64,000 nucleotides of DNA from Planctomycetota bacterium (GTDB lineage: Bacteria; Planctomycetota; UBA8108; SXIK01). The notes beneath the pieces are model-generated. The model searched no databases and was not told the origin of the DNA. It was given only the letters and a program-made list of their open reading frames with translations. The position numbers were made by a program, and so were the translations under genes. Positions 48,730-59,240 of this stretch are shown piece after piece. Position 1 is the first letter of the stretch, and every line of letters starts with the position of its first letter. Where the stretch lies: assembly GCA_965223845.1 (NCBI GenBank), contig CBDCXR010000004.1, forward strand, positions 1,344,001 through 1,408,000. Reading direction: 5' to 3'.

Positions 48730-49749
48730 ATGATCCGAATCGGAGTCGTCGGCGCGGGCGCGAACACCCGACTTCGCCATATCCCGGGATTTCAGTCGAT
48801 CGACGGTGTCAGCGTGACCGCGGTCGTCAATCGTTCGCGGGCCTCGAGCGAGCGAGTCGCGTCCGAATTCGGGATCGAGAACGTCTACGACGACTGGCGG
48901 GAGCTCGTCCACGCGAACGATGTCGACGCAGTGTGCGTCGGGACGTGGCCGTATCTCCACGCGCCGGTGAGTCTCGAGTGCCTCCGCGCGGGGAAGCACG
49001 TCCTCACCGAAGCACGCATGGCGATGGATGCGAGTGAAGCACGCTCGATGCTCGACGCGGCCGACGCCGGTTCGGCGGTGGCCATGGTCGTTCCCGCGCC
49101 GTTCTTTCTCGACGTCGAGCCGACGATCCTCGACCTCCTCGAGGCGAACGCGTTCGGCGAGATTCTCGAAATCCACGTTCGCGGCCTCGGCGGCGGGTTC
49201 GACCCGTCGCTGCCGATTCATTGGCGGCAGCGACGCGATCTCTCCGGGAACAACGTGCTCACGCTCGGGATTCTCAACGAGACCGTTCGCCGGTACGCGG
49301 GTGACGAGAAAAGTGTCCTCGCCCACGGAAGAATCTTCACCGAGTCTCGTACCGATCCCGACACGGGTTCCGCGCGCCGCGTGGACGTGCCGGACAGCCT
49401 CGCGGTGATCGCGGAGATGCGCTCTGGCGCAACCGCCGTCTACCACCTGAGCGGAGTCGCGCGCGACGGCGGCCCGATCCGCATCGAAATGCACGGGACC
49501 GCGGGTTCGTTCGTACTCGAAGAGGGCCGATCGCGCGTCCGGTGCCGCGGCGAGGACGCACCTCGCCCTCTCGACATTTCGCCCGAACGCCGCGGCGGCT
49601 GGCAGGTCGAGGCGGACTTCATCGCGGCGGTTCGCGGGGAGCGTCCCGTGAGCCGGACGAGCTTCGCCGATGGCCTGAAATACATGCTCTTCACCGACGC
49701 CGTGCAGGAGAGCCTCCGGACCGGGCGCCGCGTCGAAGTCGCGATCTAA
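48730..49749 (+). CDS. Gfo/Idh/MocA-family oxidoreductase
   Basis: IRIGVVGAG, DVDAVCVGTWP.LH and GKHVLTEARMA motifs. Confidence 0.9.
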   Translation: MIRIGVVGAGANTRLRHIPGFQSIDGVSVTAVVNRSRASSERVASEFGIENVYDDWRELVHANDVDAVCVGTWPYLHAPVSLECLRAGKHVLTEARMAMDASEARSMLDAADAGSAVAMVVPAPFFLDVEPTILDLLEANAFGEILEIHVRGLGGGFDPSLPIHWRQRRDLSGNNVLTLGILNETVRRYAGDEKSVLAHGRIFTESRTDPDTGSARRVDVPDSLAVIAEMRSGATAVYHLSGVARDGGPIRIEMHGTAGSFVLEEGRSRVRCRGEDAPRPLDISPERRGGWQVEADFIAAVRGERPVSRTSFADGLKYMLFTDAVQESLRTGRRVEVAI

Positions 49750-49756
49750 TCCGCGA

Positions 49757-52700
49757 TTACGTCGCCGCAGCCGGCGCGGCGCCGCCGTCGACATCGGTCG
49801 GGCCCTCAGCGCGGGCGCTCCGCCGCGAGCGGAGGATCCGCGCGAACGGCCGCCCGATCGCCGCCACGGTGTCCTCGACGAGGCACGTCGTCGACGGGAG
49901 GAAGACGAGCGTCAACACGGTAGAGAGCGCAAGTCCGCCCATGAGAACGAGCGCCATGGAGAAATAGTACATGCCGCCGAGCGAAGGCTTCTGAATCACC
50001 ACCGGCGTCAATCCGAGTAGCGTCGTCAGCGCCGTCATCAGGATCGGACGCAGACGTTCGCGCCCGCCGAGGAGCATCGCATCGAGCCGCGCCTTCCCCT
50101 GACGCTGGTAATTGTTGACGTGCTCGAGCATCACGATCCCGTTGTTGACGACGACGCCGATCAAAAGCAGGATCCCGACGGCGGCCGGCTGATCAAAGTC
50201 GGTGCCGGTCAAGTAGAGCGTCCAGATCGCTCCGGTGAGTGCGAAGGGAAGAGAGACGAGGAGCGCGAGCGCGCGCACACTCGACTCGAAGAGGCTCGCC
50301 ATTACCGCGAACACGAGAAGGAGGGCGAGTCCGAGATTTACGATGAACTCGAACCATTGCTCTTGCTGACGCGTCCGCCAACTGCCGAAGGACCAGGAGT
50401 AACCGAACGGAAACTCCATGGCGGCCATCGCTGCCGTGACCGCAGGAATGTACTGCTCGCGCGTTCCCTTCTCGTACTCGGCGCCGACCCATACGCTCGT
50501 CAGTCGATTCTCGCGTTCGATGCGCTTCGGGCCGGGAACATTGTGAAAGTTTGCCACGGCCGCGAGGGGAACCTTCTGACCCGTGTCGGTCCAGAGCGGC
50601 AGATTGCGGAGCTGGGAGAGGCTCTCCGTCTCACGTTCATCGAGCGCTAGACGCATCTCCCGCTCGCCGTCGGCCGTCCGGTACTTGCGGAGGCGTCGGC
50701 CACGGAACGTGAGACCGATCGACGAGCCGACGTCGTTCGCCGTCACGCCGTAGCGGTCGGCGAGGTCGCGATCGGGCTCGATGTGGAGCTCCTGAATTCC
50801 CTGATCGTTTCCCATGAAGCTCGACTTGAGACCGGGGATGCCGTCGAGGCGGAGGCGCGCCTCCTCGGCCAGGTCGGCCAGGACCTCGCTGTCTTCGCCG
50901 ATGATTTGAAACGCGACGCGCTTGCCGCGGTCCCGGCGCCAGAAACTGCGCTCACGCGGGATTTCGAGGCGAATCCCCGGTAGCTGCGGGAGGATCTCCG
51001 CGAGTCGCCGGCGCACCTTCTCGACGTTTTCGTCGTTGACGAAACCGTCTTTCAGGTAAATCCGCGTCATGCTGTAGCGATCGCTCCACCAGCTGTAGAT
51101 CGACTTCGCCATCAGCTGCTCGCGGTAGGGCTCGAGATAGTTTTCGACCAGCGTTACGACCTCCTCGCGGCGGTCGATACTCAGGTCTTCACTGAAGTCG
51201 TAGCGCACCTCGGCGTAGAGAGAATTGCGCCGGCGACTGAAGTCGACATCGATGTTGAGGAAGGGATAGACGGCGGAGGCGGCCGTCCCAATCCCGATCA
51301 CGAGCGTGAGCCAGCGGTGGGCGAGCACGGCGCGGAGAAGTCGCTCGTAACGCTCCTCTAGCCAGACCATCCAGCGCTCCCGCGGTCGGGGCTTCGGTCG
51401 AATGAACCACGAGGTCGCGAGGGGGATGAGCGTCTGGCTGACGAAAAGTGACGCGAGGAGCGTGACGCAGACGGTGAGTCCGATCTCCTTGAGCGGAATG
51501 CTCATCTCGCTCGGTTTGTTGAAGATCGTCGGAAGAAAAACGATCACCGATGTCAGGGTCGCCGCGATGACGGCGAGCGAAACCTCGGCCGATCCGCGCC
51601 GCGCCGCCGTTTTTCGGTCTTCACCGCGCTCTTGATGGCGAAAAATGTTCTCGATAACGACGACGGCGTTGTCGACGAGCATCCCGATCCCGACGATGAG
51701 GCCGAGCAGCGTGAGAGTGTTCAGGTTTCGACCCTGCACCCAAACGATCCCGCAGGTCACGACGAGCGAGAGGGGGATCGAGAGAACGGAGATCACGGTC
51801 GTCGAGAACCGCCGGAGAAACACGTAGAGAACGATCGACGCGAGGATCGCGCCGAAGACGCCGGAGAAGAAGAGCTCGCGAAGCGTTCGGCGAATCTCTT
51901 TCCCTTGGTTGAAGCGCGTGAGAAACGTCACTCCGCGGAGCTCCGGATCGTCGTCCATCGCAGCGATGCGCTTCTCGAGCGCGGCGCAGACCTCGACGGC
52001 GTTCGCCTTGGCTTCCGCGCTCACCGTGATGCCGATGGCGAACTTGCCGTCGAGATGCCGGCCGAATTCGAGCGGCGGCTGCGCGTAGATCACGTCGGCG
52101 ACGTTCTCGAGGCGGAGGCCGTCGTCGCGGATCACGAGACGTCGGATCTGATCGATCGACGTGAAACTCGCCAGAGTCCGCAGCGTGTATCGCCGCGGCC
52201 CCTCGACGATCCGTCCCAGCGACTCGTTGAAGTTGTTGCTGGCTAGCACCTGAGCTACGTCGCGGACGTCGATTTGGTGGAGCTCGAGATCCGCGATGCG
52301 GAGATTGACGAGAACTTCCTTTGGTTCGACTCCGTCGAGCCGCACCTGCGCGACGCCAGGAACGCGCTGGAGCGGACGCACGATGCGTCGCTCGAGCGTG
52401 TCGTAGCTCTCGCTGAGATCGACCTCGGAGCTGAGCCGAACTTCGAGGATCGGATCATCGGCTTCACGACTGTGCCAGTGGTCGCTCACCTCGATGTCGC
52501 CGATGTCGTCCGGGAGCTCGCGTCGGACGCGGTCGATCTTTTCCCAGATTTCAACGCGAGCGAGGTAGAGGTCGGTGTCCCAGCTGAACTCGAGGCGGAG
52601 CGTGGCGCCATCGTCGCTGCAGCGCGAGTAGAGCTGGCGGAGACCGCCGACGCTGCCCAGTACATCCTCGAGCGGTCGGGCGATCATCCGCTCGACTTGA

Positions 52701-52870
52701 TCGGGTGAAGCGGAAGGATAGGGAACGCGGACGAACACCTCGGGCTCCTCCATATCGGGAAGGAACGCGAGGGGGAGGCGCGCGACGGCGACGGCACCGA
52801 GAACCGCGATGCTGACGAGGAGCATCAGGGTTGTGACGTGGCGGCGGATCGCGAGCTCAGGAAGCGTCAT
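49757..52870 (-). CDS. RND (AcrB-family) efflux transporter, subunit 2
   Basis: GMLVDNAVVVIENI, GVVVNNGIV and RLRPILMTALTT motifs; 1037 aa. Confidence 0.93.
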   Translation of the reverse strand: MTLPELAIRRHVTTLMLLVSIAVLGAVAVARLPLAFLPDMEEPEVFVRVPYPSASPDQVERMIARPLEDVLGSVGGLRQLYSRCSDDGATLRLEFSWDTDLYLARVEIWEKIDRVRRELPDDIGDIEVSDHWHSREADDPILEVRLSSEVDLSESYDTLERRIVRPLQRVPGVAQVRLDGVEPKEVLVNLRIADLELHQIDVRDVAQVLASNNFNESLGRIVEGPRRYTLRTLASFTSIDQIRRLVIRDDGLRLENVADVIYAQPPLEFGRHLDGKFAIGITVSAEAKANAVEVCAALEKRIAAMDDDPELRGVTFLTRFNQGKEIRRTLRELFFSGVFGAILASIVLYVFLRRFSTTVISVLSIPLSLVVTCGIVWVQGRNLNTLTLLGLIVGIGMLVDNAVVVIENIFRHQERGEDRKTAARRGSAEVSLAVIAATLTSVIVFLPTIFNKPSEMSIPLKEIGLTVCVTLLASLFVSQTLIPLATSWFIRPKPRPRERWMVWLEERYERLLRAVLAHRWLTLVIGIGTAASAVYPFLNIDVDFSRRRNSLYAEVRYDFSEDLSIDRREEVVTLVENYLEPYREQLMAKSIYSWWSDRYSMTRIYLKDGFVNDENVEKVRRRLAEILPQLPGIRLEIPRERSFWRRDRGKRVAFQIIGEDSEVLADLAEEARLRLDGIPGLKSSFMGNDQGIQELHIEPDRDLADRYGVTANDVGSSIGLTFRGRRLRKYRTADGEREMRLALDERETESLSQLRNLPLWTDTGQKVPLAAVANFHNVPGPKRIERENRLTSVWVGAEYEKGTREQYIPAVTAAMAAMEFPFGYSWSFGSWRTRQQEQWFEFIVNLGLALLLVFAVMASLFESSVRALALLVSLPFALTGAIWTLYLTGTDFDQPAAVGILLLIGVVVNNGIVMLEHVNNYQRQGKARLDAMLLGGRERLRPILMTALTTLLGLTPVVIQKPSLGGMYYFSMALVLMGGLALSTVLTLVFLPSTTCLVEDTVAAIGRPFARILRSRRSARAEGPTDVDGGAAPAAAT

Positions 52871-55800
52871 CGCTCAGCTCCACGGGAGATTCGCTCTCGC
52901 AGGCGACGTGCGACGGAACGAGGGCGTAGACGGCGGGAATGACGATGAGAGTCAGTCCCGTGGCGAGAATCAATCCCGACGCGACCGTAATCGCGAGCGG
53001 CGCACGAAGTTCCGCGCCGTCCCCCCACGCGATGGCCATCGGGAGAATCCCGAGCACGGTCGTGAGCGTCGTCATCACGATCGGGCGGAGCCGGATGTGA
53101 CCCGCTTCGATGATCGCCGCCATCTTTGCTGCTCCACGCGCGCGAAGGCGGCGGATGGTGTCGACGAGGATGATCGAGTTGTTGACGACGATGCCGACGA
53201 GCATCACCGAGCCGATGAGAACGATGACGCTGATCGGAGTCGACGTCGCGTGGAGTCCGGCCGTGACCCCGATCAGAGCGAGCGGGACGGTGGCGAGGAC
53301 GATGAGCGGATGGAGGAACGACTCGAACGTCGATGCCATGACGAGATAGACGAGGAACACGGCGAGGAGGAGAGCGAAGCGCAAGCTCGCGAACGAGACC
53401 TGCATCTCGCGATTTTGTCCGCCGACCTCCGTCGAGAGCTTCTCCGGCGGCTCGTGGTTCGCGAGGAATGCCTCGACATCGTTGATCGCCGCGCCGAGGC
53501 TGCGCCCGCGAACGCTCGCCGTGATCACGGCGGCTCGCTGTTGTTGCACGCGGTGGACCTCCGCCGGGCCGCGATCGAGAACGACGTCCGCCCACGTGAG
53601 GAGGCGGGTGGGGGCGTTCTCCGCACCGGGAACGATGAGGCGTTCCACGTCGCCGACGGAGGCGCGATCGCTCGCTCGATTCCGGATGCGGATGTCGATC
53701 TGTCGATCCTCTTCCTTGAATCGCGTCGGCACGACGCCGAGGACGCGATTCTTGAGCGTCGCCGACATCGGCGCGATATCGAGATTGCTCGCGGCAAGGC
53801 GGTCGCGGTTGAACGCGACCTGGAGCTCCGGGTTCCCTGCTTCGAGAGAGGAGCGAACGTCCACCAGCCCCGGAATCGCCGCGAGCGATTCTGCGAGATC
53901 GACCGAGTAGGCGCGGAGATCGTCGAGCTCTTCACCGAACACGACGACCTCGATCGGCGTTCGCAAGCTGAAATACGACGGACGGCCGAACTTGATCTCG
54001 AGGTCGGGAACATCGGCGAATTCGTCGCGAAGAGACGCGATCACCGTCTCTTCCTCGGCGGCCTCGACCTCGTCGTTGAGAACGAAGTTGAGCTGCCCCA
54101 AGTGTTCACCGCGAGTATTGAGCGACATGCCGCCGGCCACGAGGCGACTTCCCGCGGTCGAGTACGTGTTGGCGATCGCCTCGTGCTTCGCGGCGGCGGC
54201 ATTGAGTTCGCCGATCGTGCGGTCGCTCGCCTCGAGGGAGGTTCCCTCCGGGAGATTGACCTCGAAGTAGAACTTCCCTTCGCGAAGCTGCGGAATCAGT
54301 TCCTGACCGAGAAACTGAAGCGACCAGATCGACAGGAAGAGGCAGGAGAAGGCCAGCAACACCGTCGCAAAGCGCAAGCGGAGCGCGAGGCGGAGGACGC
54401 GATCGTAGAGGCGCGAAAGAACGCCGAGAGTCATCGTCTGCGACTTCGCCGGGTCGTTCAGCGATTCGGAATCCGGGGCATTTGCCGTGGCCGTCGCCGA
54501 TCGGCGGCGCGAGCCCGCTGCGCTCAGCATCGGGATCACGGTAATCGCGACGGCGAAGGAGGCGAGGAGACTGATCGTGACCGTCCAGGCCTGGTCGCGA
54601 AACATCTGGCCCGCGATTCCTTCGACGAACACGATCGGAAGGAACACTGCGACCGTCGTCAGAGTCGAGGCCGCGACGGCGGCGCCCACCTCCGAGGTTC
54701 CCGTGACTGCGGCCGAGCGGATATCGAGGCCTTGCTGACGGTGCCGGAAGATCGACTCGAGGACGACGATCGAGTTGTCGACCAGCATGCCGATCCCGAG
54801 GGTGAGTCCGCCGAGCGACATCAGATTGAGCGAGATGTCCGCCCGGTACATCACCATGAACGTCGCGATCACGGAAAGCGGGATGGAAAGGCCGATGATC
54901 AGCGTACTGCGGAGATCTCGGAGAAAGAGAAAGAGGACTGCGATCGCGAGCAGACCCCCGACGAGCGCGGCGTCGCGAACTCCGTCGACCGCGGCTTCGA
55001 TGAAGTGCGACTGATCGAAGAGCACCACGAGCTCATGGCCTGGAGGGAGCTTGCGCTCCCACTCGTCGAGTTTCTCGCGGATCCGGTGAGCGACGTGAAC
55101 GGTGTTCGCGTCGCCCTCCTTGTAGAGGGCGAGCTCGACCGCCTCGACGCCGTTGAGTCGCGTGATCTCGACGCGGTCCTTGGCGCCTCGACTGACGGTC
55201 GCAACTTCGCGGAGGCGAACCGAGGCGGATCCCTGCTGCCAAACGATCAGGTTCTCGATCTCTTCGAGGTCGTCGAACTCGTTGATCGTCCGAATGAGGT
55301 ATTGCTCGTCTCTCCCGCGAAGCGCCCCGCCGGGGAGGTTCAAATTCGAGGCTTCGACGACCTGGCGGATGCGGTCGATCGGAATCTCGAGCGCCGCGAG
55401 GCGTTCCTGGTCGATCTCGATCTGGATCTCTTCCTCGAGTCCGCCCTTCACCTGGGCGGAGGCGACGCCCTTGATCGTCTCGAAGTCCGTCTTCACCTTG
55501 TGCTCGGCGAAGTATCGCATCGCGCGGAGATCCTCTCCGCCCGCGAGCGCCAAGCGGACGATGGGATCGAGCGAAGGATCGAAGCGAAGGACGATCGGAT
55601 CCTCGGCTTCGTCCGGAAGGATCAGTCGGTCGAGCTTCTCGCGAACCTCCATCGAGAGGAGATCCATGTTCGATCCCCACTCGAACTCGAGCGTGACCTC
55701 GGACGCTCCCGACCGCGACACCGAGTGGATCGACTGGAGGCCGCGCAGCACTCCGACCGCTTCTTCGACCGGCCGAGTGACGAGATTCTCGACCTCCTCG

Positions 55801-55973
55801 GGCGCCGTGTCGGGGAAATCCGTCTGCACGGTGATCGAGGGGTAGGAGAGATCGGGAAAGAGCTCGAGCGCGAGACGCGAGAATCCGACGGCGCCGAACG
55901 CGACGACCGCGAGCGCGGTCATCGTCACGGTGACGGGTCGTCTCACCGCGAACGAGACGATCCTTCGCATCAC
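52857..55973 (-). CDS. RND (AcrB-family) efflux transporter, subunit 1
   Basis: GMLVDNSIVVLESI, GIVVNNSI and RLRPIVMTTLTT motifs; 1038 aa. Confidence 0.93.
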   Translation of the reverse strand: MMRRIVSFAVRRPVTVTMTALAVVAFGAVGFSRLALELFPDLSYPSITVQTDFPDTAPEEVENLVTRPVEEAVGVLRGLQSIHSVSRSGASEVTLEFEWGSNMDLLSMEVREKLDRLILPDEAEDPIVLRFDPSLDPIVRLALAGGEDLRAMRYFAEHKVKTDFETIKGVASAQVKGGLEEEIQIEIDQERLAALEIPIDRIRQVVEASNLNLPGGALRGRDEQYLIRTINEFDDLEEIENLIVWQQGSASVRLREVATVSRGAKDRVEITRLNGVEAVELALYKEGDANTVHVAHRIREKLDEWERKLPPGHELVVLFDQSHFIEAAVDGVRDAALVGGLLAIAVLFLFLRDLRSTLIIGLSIPLSVIATFMVMYRADISLNLMSLGGLTLGIGMLVDNSIVVLESIFRHRQQGLDIRSAAVTGTSEVGAAVAASTLTTVAVFLPIVFVEGIAGQMFRDQAWTVTISLLASFAVAITVIPMLSAAGSRRRSATATANAPDSESLNDPAKSQTMTLGVLSRLYDRVLRLALRLRFATVLLAFSCLFLSIWSLQFLGQELIPQLREGKFYFEVNLPEGTSLEASDRTIGELNAAAAKHEAIANTYSTAGSRLVAGGMSLNTRGEHLGQLNFVLNDEVEAAEEETVIASLRDEFADVPDLEIKFGRPSYFSLRTPIEVVVFGEELDDLRAYSVDLAESLAAIPGLVDVRSSLEAGNPELQVAFNRDRLAASNLDIAPMSATLKNRVLGVVPTRFKEEDRQIDIRIRNRASDRASVGDVERLIVPGAENAPTRLLTWADVVLDRGPAEVHRVQQQRAAVITASVRGRSLGAAINDVEAFLANHEPPEKLSTEVGGQNREMQVSFASLRFALLLAVFLVYLVMASTFESFLHPLIVLATVPLALIGVTAGLHATSTPISVIVLIGSVMLVGIVVNNSIILVDTIRRLRARGAAKMAAIIEAGHIRLRPIVMTTLTTVLGILPMAIAWGDGAELRAPLAITVASGLILATGLTLIVIPAVYALVPSHVACESESPVELSDDAS

Positions 55974-57121
55974 TCGGCCTCAGCGGCGGGGGGCGGAGTG
56001 AGCTCCGCGGTGAGAATGGCGAGCTTCGCTCCGTGCTTGAGGGAGCGTTGTCCTTTGACGACGACGGATTCTCCCGGGCGGATCCCGCTCAGAATCTCGA
56101 CGCTCTGCGAATCGGAGAATCCGACCTCGACGATCCGTCGCTCGGCCGTCGTCGCAGCTCCGTCTTCTTCTCGCACGGCCACGTACGCGATCTGGTCGCC
56201 CTTGTCCGGGAACACCGCCCCGCGCGGGACGAGCACCGTGTCCGCGTGCGTCTCCGTGACGATCTTCACCTGCGCGAAGTCGCCGGGCCGGATTCCGTCG
56301 GGGTACTCGGGCACCTCGATCGTGACCTTGATGGTTCCCGTCGACGGATCGATCACCGGACTGATGAGGGTGATCGTCCCGCGGAGTCGCTCCCCCGTGC
56401 TGTCGAGAACGAGCTCGACGGTCTGCCCGAATTGAAGCTGCTGAAACTCCTTCGCCGGCACGTGGACGCGCGCGAGCAATGGGTCGAAATCGGCGACCGC
56501 GAAGAGAGGGGTCCCGACGTTCACGGTTTGGCCCTCTTCGACGAGTCGTTCGACGATCCGTCCGCTGAGAGGTGACTCGACCTGGGCGTAGGAAAGCTCG
56601 AGGCGTGCGAGTCCCTCGTCCGCCTTCGCCGTTCGAAGGTCGTTCCGCGTCTGATCGAGCTCCTCGCCGGTGACGAGATCCGGCGAATCCTCGATTCGCC
56701 TGAGCTGCGTCTCGAGATGCTCTCGCTTCGCCGCCGCCTGCTCGACCTTGAGCTGGAACTCCGCGTCGTCGATCCGGAGAAGCGCATGCTCGAGCTGCAC
56801 GTCGTCACCCTCCTCGACGAGGAGCTCGCGGACGATCCCGGGCACTCGAGCGAGCACCTGGGCTCGACGCTCGGCTTCGAGCGTGGCGGTTGCGCTGTAG
56901 TAACTCGAGATCGAGCCGATGACCGCGTCCTCGACGGCGACGGGAATGGCACGCGCGGAACGGGCGGCTTCGGCAGTCGAGCCCGGGCGAGTGCCGGTCG
57001 GCGGCTCGCCGCCGGCGCTCGGCGAACAGGCGCTCAGAAAAATCGCCGCGAGGAGCGCGACCGCGACGGCGGAAGTCGGTCCCCTGCGGACGACGAACGA
57101 GTTCCACATGACACTGTTCAT
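55970..57121 (-). CDS. RND periplasmic adaptor (membrane fusion protein), lipoprotein
   Basis: LSAC lipobox; VEEGDDV, SPLSGRI, ISPVIDPSTGT and VLVPRGAV motifs. Confidence 0.92.
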   Translation of the reverse strand: MNSVMWNSFVVRRGPTSAVAVALLAAIFLSACSPSAGGEPPTGTRPGSTAEAARSARAIPVAVEDAVIGSISSYYSATATLEAERRAQVLARVPGIVRELLVEEGDDVQLEHALLRIDDAEFQLKVEQAAAKREHLETQLRRIEDSPDLVTGEELDQTRNDLRTAKADEGLARLELSYAQVESPLSGRIVERLVEEGQTVNVGTPLFAVADFDPLLARVHVPAKEFQQLQFGQTVELVLDSTGERLRGTITLISPVIDPSTGTIKVTIEVPEYPDGIRPGDFAQVKIVTETHADTVLVPRGAVFPDKGDQIAYVAVREEDGAATTAERRIVEVGFSDSQSVEILSGIRPGESVVVKGQRSLKHGAKLAILTAELTPPPAAEAE

Positions 57122-57379
57122 GGAGGCGATTCTACCTTCTCGGCTGGATTCTCTTCACGCCCTCTCGTCTCTCGTCTCCGAGGACGTTCGGGACCGGAAA
57201 CGGACGCTCGCCGAGGCGGACTTCGCAACCGAGCGCGGCGGACTCGAGCCGAAGTCGCCCGTACGGCGAACACGCGGCGAACTGCATCGTCCGCGCCGCT
57301 CCCCGAGCCGGCGTGACAGAGATTGGAGGCCCCGGGACCCACGAGTTTTTTCGGATTCCCCGTGGGGAACGAGGCGGGC

Positions 57380-58828
57380 TCACGGACGACTGCGTCCCGA
57401 GGTGCGATAACCCTCGAGAATCACCTGCAGTCGATCGGCGATCTCGGGTCGCTCGCGCGCCCGATTGAGGGTCTCGCTCGGGTCTGACGCGAGATCGTAG
57501 AGCTGAACTTCCGTGCCGTTCGGGGACTTCGCGGGATCGACGCGCCGCGGCGCGGAGAAGCCTCCCGACCCCAGCCCGAGAATCAATTTCCAGCGGCCAT
57601 CGCGGATCGCGAACATGCCGTCGAGCGAGTGGTGGACGATCGTCCGCCGCGGCCGCTCCGGGACGCCGCCCTCGAGCCTTGCGAGGAAGCTGAAGCTGTC
57701 TTCGCCGCTGTCCGGCGGGAGCGCTTCGCCGAGAAGCTCGGCGCACGTCGCAAAGATGTCGGTCAAGCAGACGAGCTGATTCGAGGTCGTCCCCGGTCGA
57801 ACTCGTCCGGGCCAGCGTACGAGAAAGGGCACGCGGTGCCCGCCCTCCCAGATGTCCGCTTTCTGACCGCGGAGATGTCGGTTCGCACGGTGTCCGAACT
57901 CGTCGATGTCTCGTTGATACCAGTGCGCGCCGTTGTCACTAGTGAAGACGACGAGCGTGTCGTCTTGGCGGCCCGCGCTTTCGATCGCGGAGAGAACTCG
58001 ACCGACGGCCGCATCGACGTGCACAACGAAGTCGCCGTAGTATCCTGCGCCGCTCGTTCGGCGGAACGACTCGTGGGGGAGCCACGGCGTGTGCGGCGCC
58101 GTGAGCGGTAGATAGAGAAAGACCGGCTGCGCCGGCGATCGTCTCGCCGTGAGGACGTCGATCGCTTCGTCGGCGAGTCGATCGAGTACGTCCGCGTGAC
58201 GAAATCCCGGTGCGATTTTTCCCTCCCGCCAATAGCCACCGCCCTTTTGCCGTCGGTGAGCGCTCTTCTCGATGCGCGTTGACAACTCTCCGACGGCGCT
58301 CTCGTCCTTCACGTAGAGGTAAGGGGGAATGTCGAGTGACGACGGGATTCCGAAGAAGGAATCGAATCCGATCGAGATGACTCCCGGTCGGAGCGGCTTC
58401 GTGTAATCGGTCGCCTTGGCGTCGCCGAAGCCGAGGTGCCACTTTCCGACGCATGCGGTGCGGTAGCCCTTCGCTCGAAACAGCATCGGGAGAGTCGTCC
58501 GCTCCGGCGCGATCAGGCTCGGCGATGTTCCCCAGAGAACGCCGCTCTTCAGGCGAGTTCTCCAGCAGTAACGTCCCGTGAGGAGCCCGTACCGGGTGGG
58601 GGAGCAAACAGCGGATGGCGAATGCGCATCGAGGAAGCGCATCCCCTCGGCCGCGAGTCGGTCGAGATTCGGCGTCGGGATCTTCGATGCCGAGTTGTAG
58701 CAACCGAGATCGCCGTAGCCGAGGTCGTCCGCAAGGATGACGACGACATCGGGACGATCGGTTTCTGCGCCGGCGCCGATCGGGATGACCAGGAAGAGAA
58801 CGAGGGCGAAGAGCGAGTTCCGAAGCAT
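57380..58828 (-). CDS. Arylsulfatase (Cys-type), secreted
   Basis: Signal peptide; ILADDLGYGD, CSPTRYGLLTGRY, GKWHLG, SDNG and WEGGHRVP motifs. ATG 58828 chosen. Confidence 0.93.
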   Translation of the reverse strand: MLRNSLFALVLFLVIPIGAGAETDRPDVVVILADDLGYGDLGCYNSASKIPTPNLDRLAAEGMRFLDAHSPSAVCSPTRYGLLTGRYCWRTRLKSGVLWGTSPSLIAPERTTLPMLFRAKGYRTACVGKWHLGFGDAKATDYTKPLRPGVISIGFDSFFGIPSSLDIPPYLYVKDESAVGELSTRIEKSAHRRQKGGGYWREGKIAPGFRHADVLDRLADEAIDVLTARRSPAQPVFLYLPLTAPHTPWLPHESFRRTSGAGYYGDFVVHVDAAVGRVLSAIESAGRQDDTLVVFTSDNGAHWYQRDIDEFGHRANRHLRGQKADIWEGGHRVPFLVRWPGRVRPGTTSNQLVCLTDIFATCAELLGEALPPDSGEDSFSFLARLEGGVPERPRRTIVHHSLDGMFAIRDGRWKLILGLGSGGFSAPRRVDPAKSPNGTEVQLYDLASDPSETLNRARERPEIADRLQVILEGYRTSGRSRP

Positions 58829-58919
58829 GTGGGGTACCGCTGGTTTTCGGGCGTTCGTGAGCTTCCGGCGCGATCCCGGATTCGTCCCGAGCATCGGTCC
58901 GTGGTGCGGCGAGCGGCCG

Positions 58920-59199
58920 TAGGGGGAGCTGACGAAGACGTGGCCCGCGCTGACCGAACCTCTGGTTCTAACACAGCGAGGATCAGGGTGGCGACACATC
59001 CGATGCGCGGATTCCAGCCCGCGGTCGAGCCGTGCACTCGCGGCCGGATCGAACACGGCGCGAGGAGATCATCGACGGCGAACGTCGGTGCGGCTGAGTT
59101 CCGAGAACGAAGCGCGACCGGTACGCCCTAGGACTTCGTTCCGGACCGAAGGCCGACGAGACCGAAGAAAAGGGAAGCTGCGCACCCGCGCTCCCCCTA
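58920..59199. other. ~280-bp intergenic element bounded by a perfect 10-bp inverted repeat, with several internal hairpins
   Basis: TAGGGGGAGC (58920-58929) and GCTCCCCCTA (59190-59199); internal stems GAACC/GGTTC, GCCGTG/CACGGC, CGACG/CGTCG and AACGAAG/CTTCGTT. Confidence 0.4.
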
Positions 59200-59240
59200 G
59201 CAATCCCCCCGCAGTCGATTCTCGCGCCCTCGAGGTTCAC

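Noticed and set aside
59165-59220. AAAAGGGAAG...CCCCCGCA resembling a cobalamin riboswitch
   Set aside because: It lacks the GGTG..A.TCC stem, the ACTGT and the downstream B12-box, and the adjacent genes are unrelated to B12.
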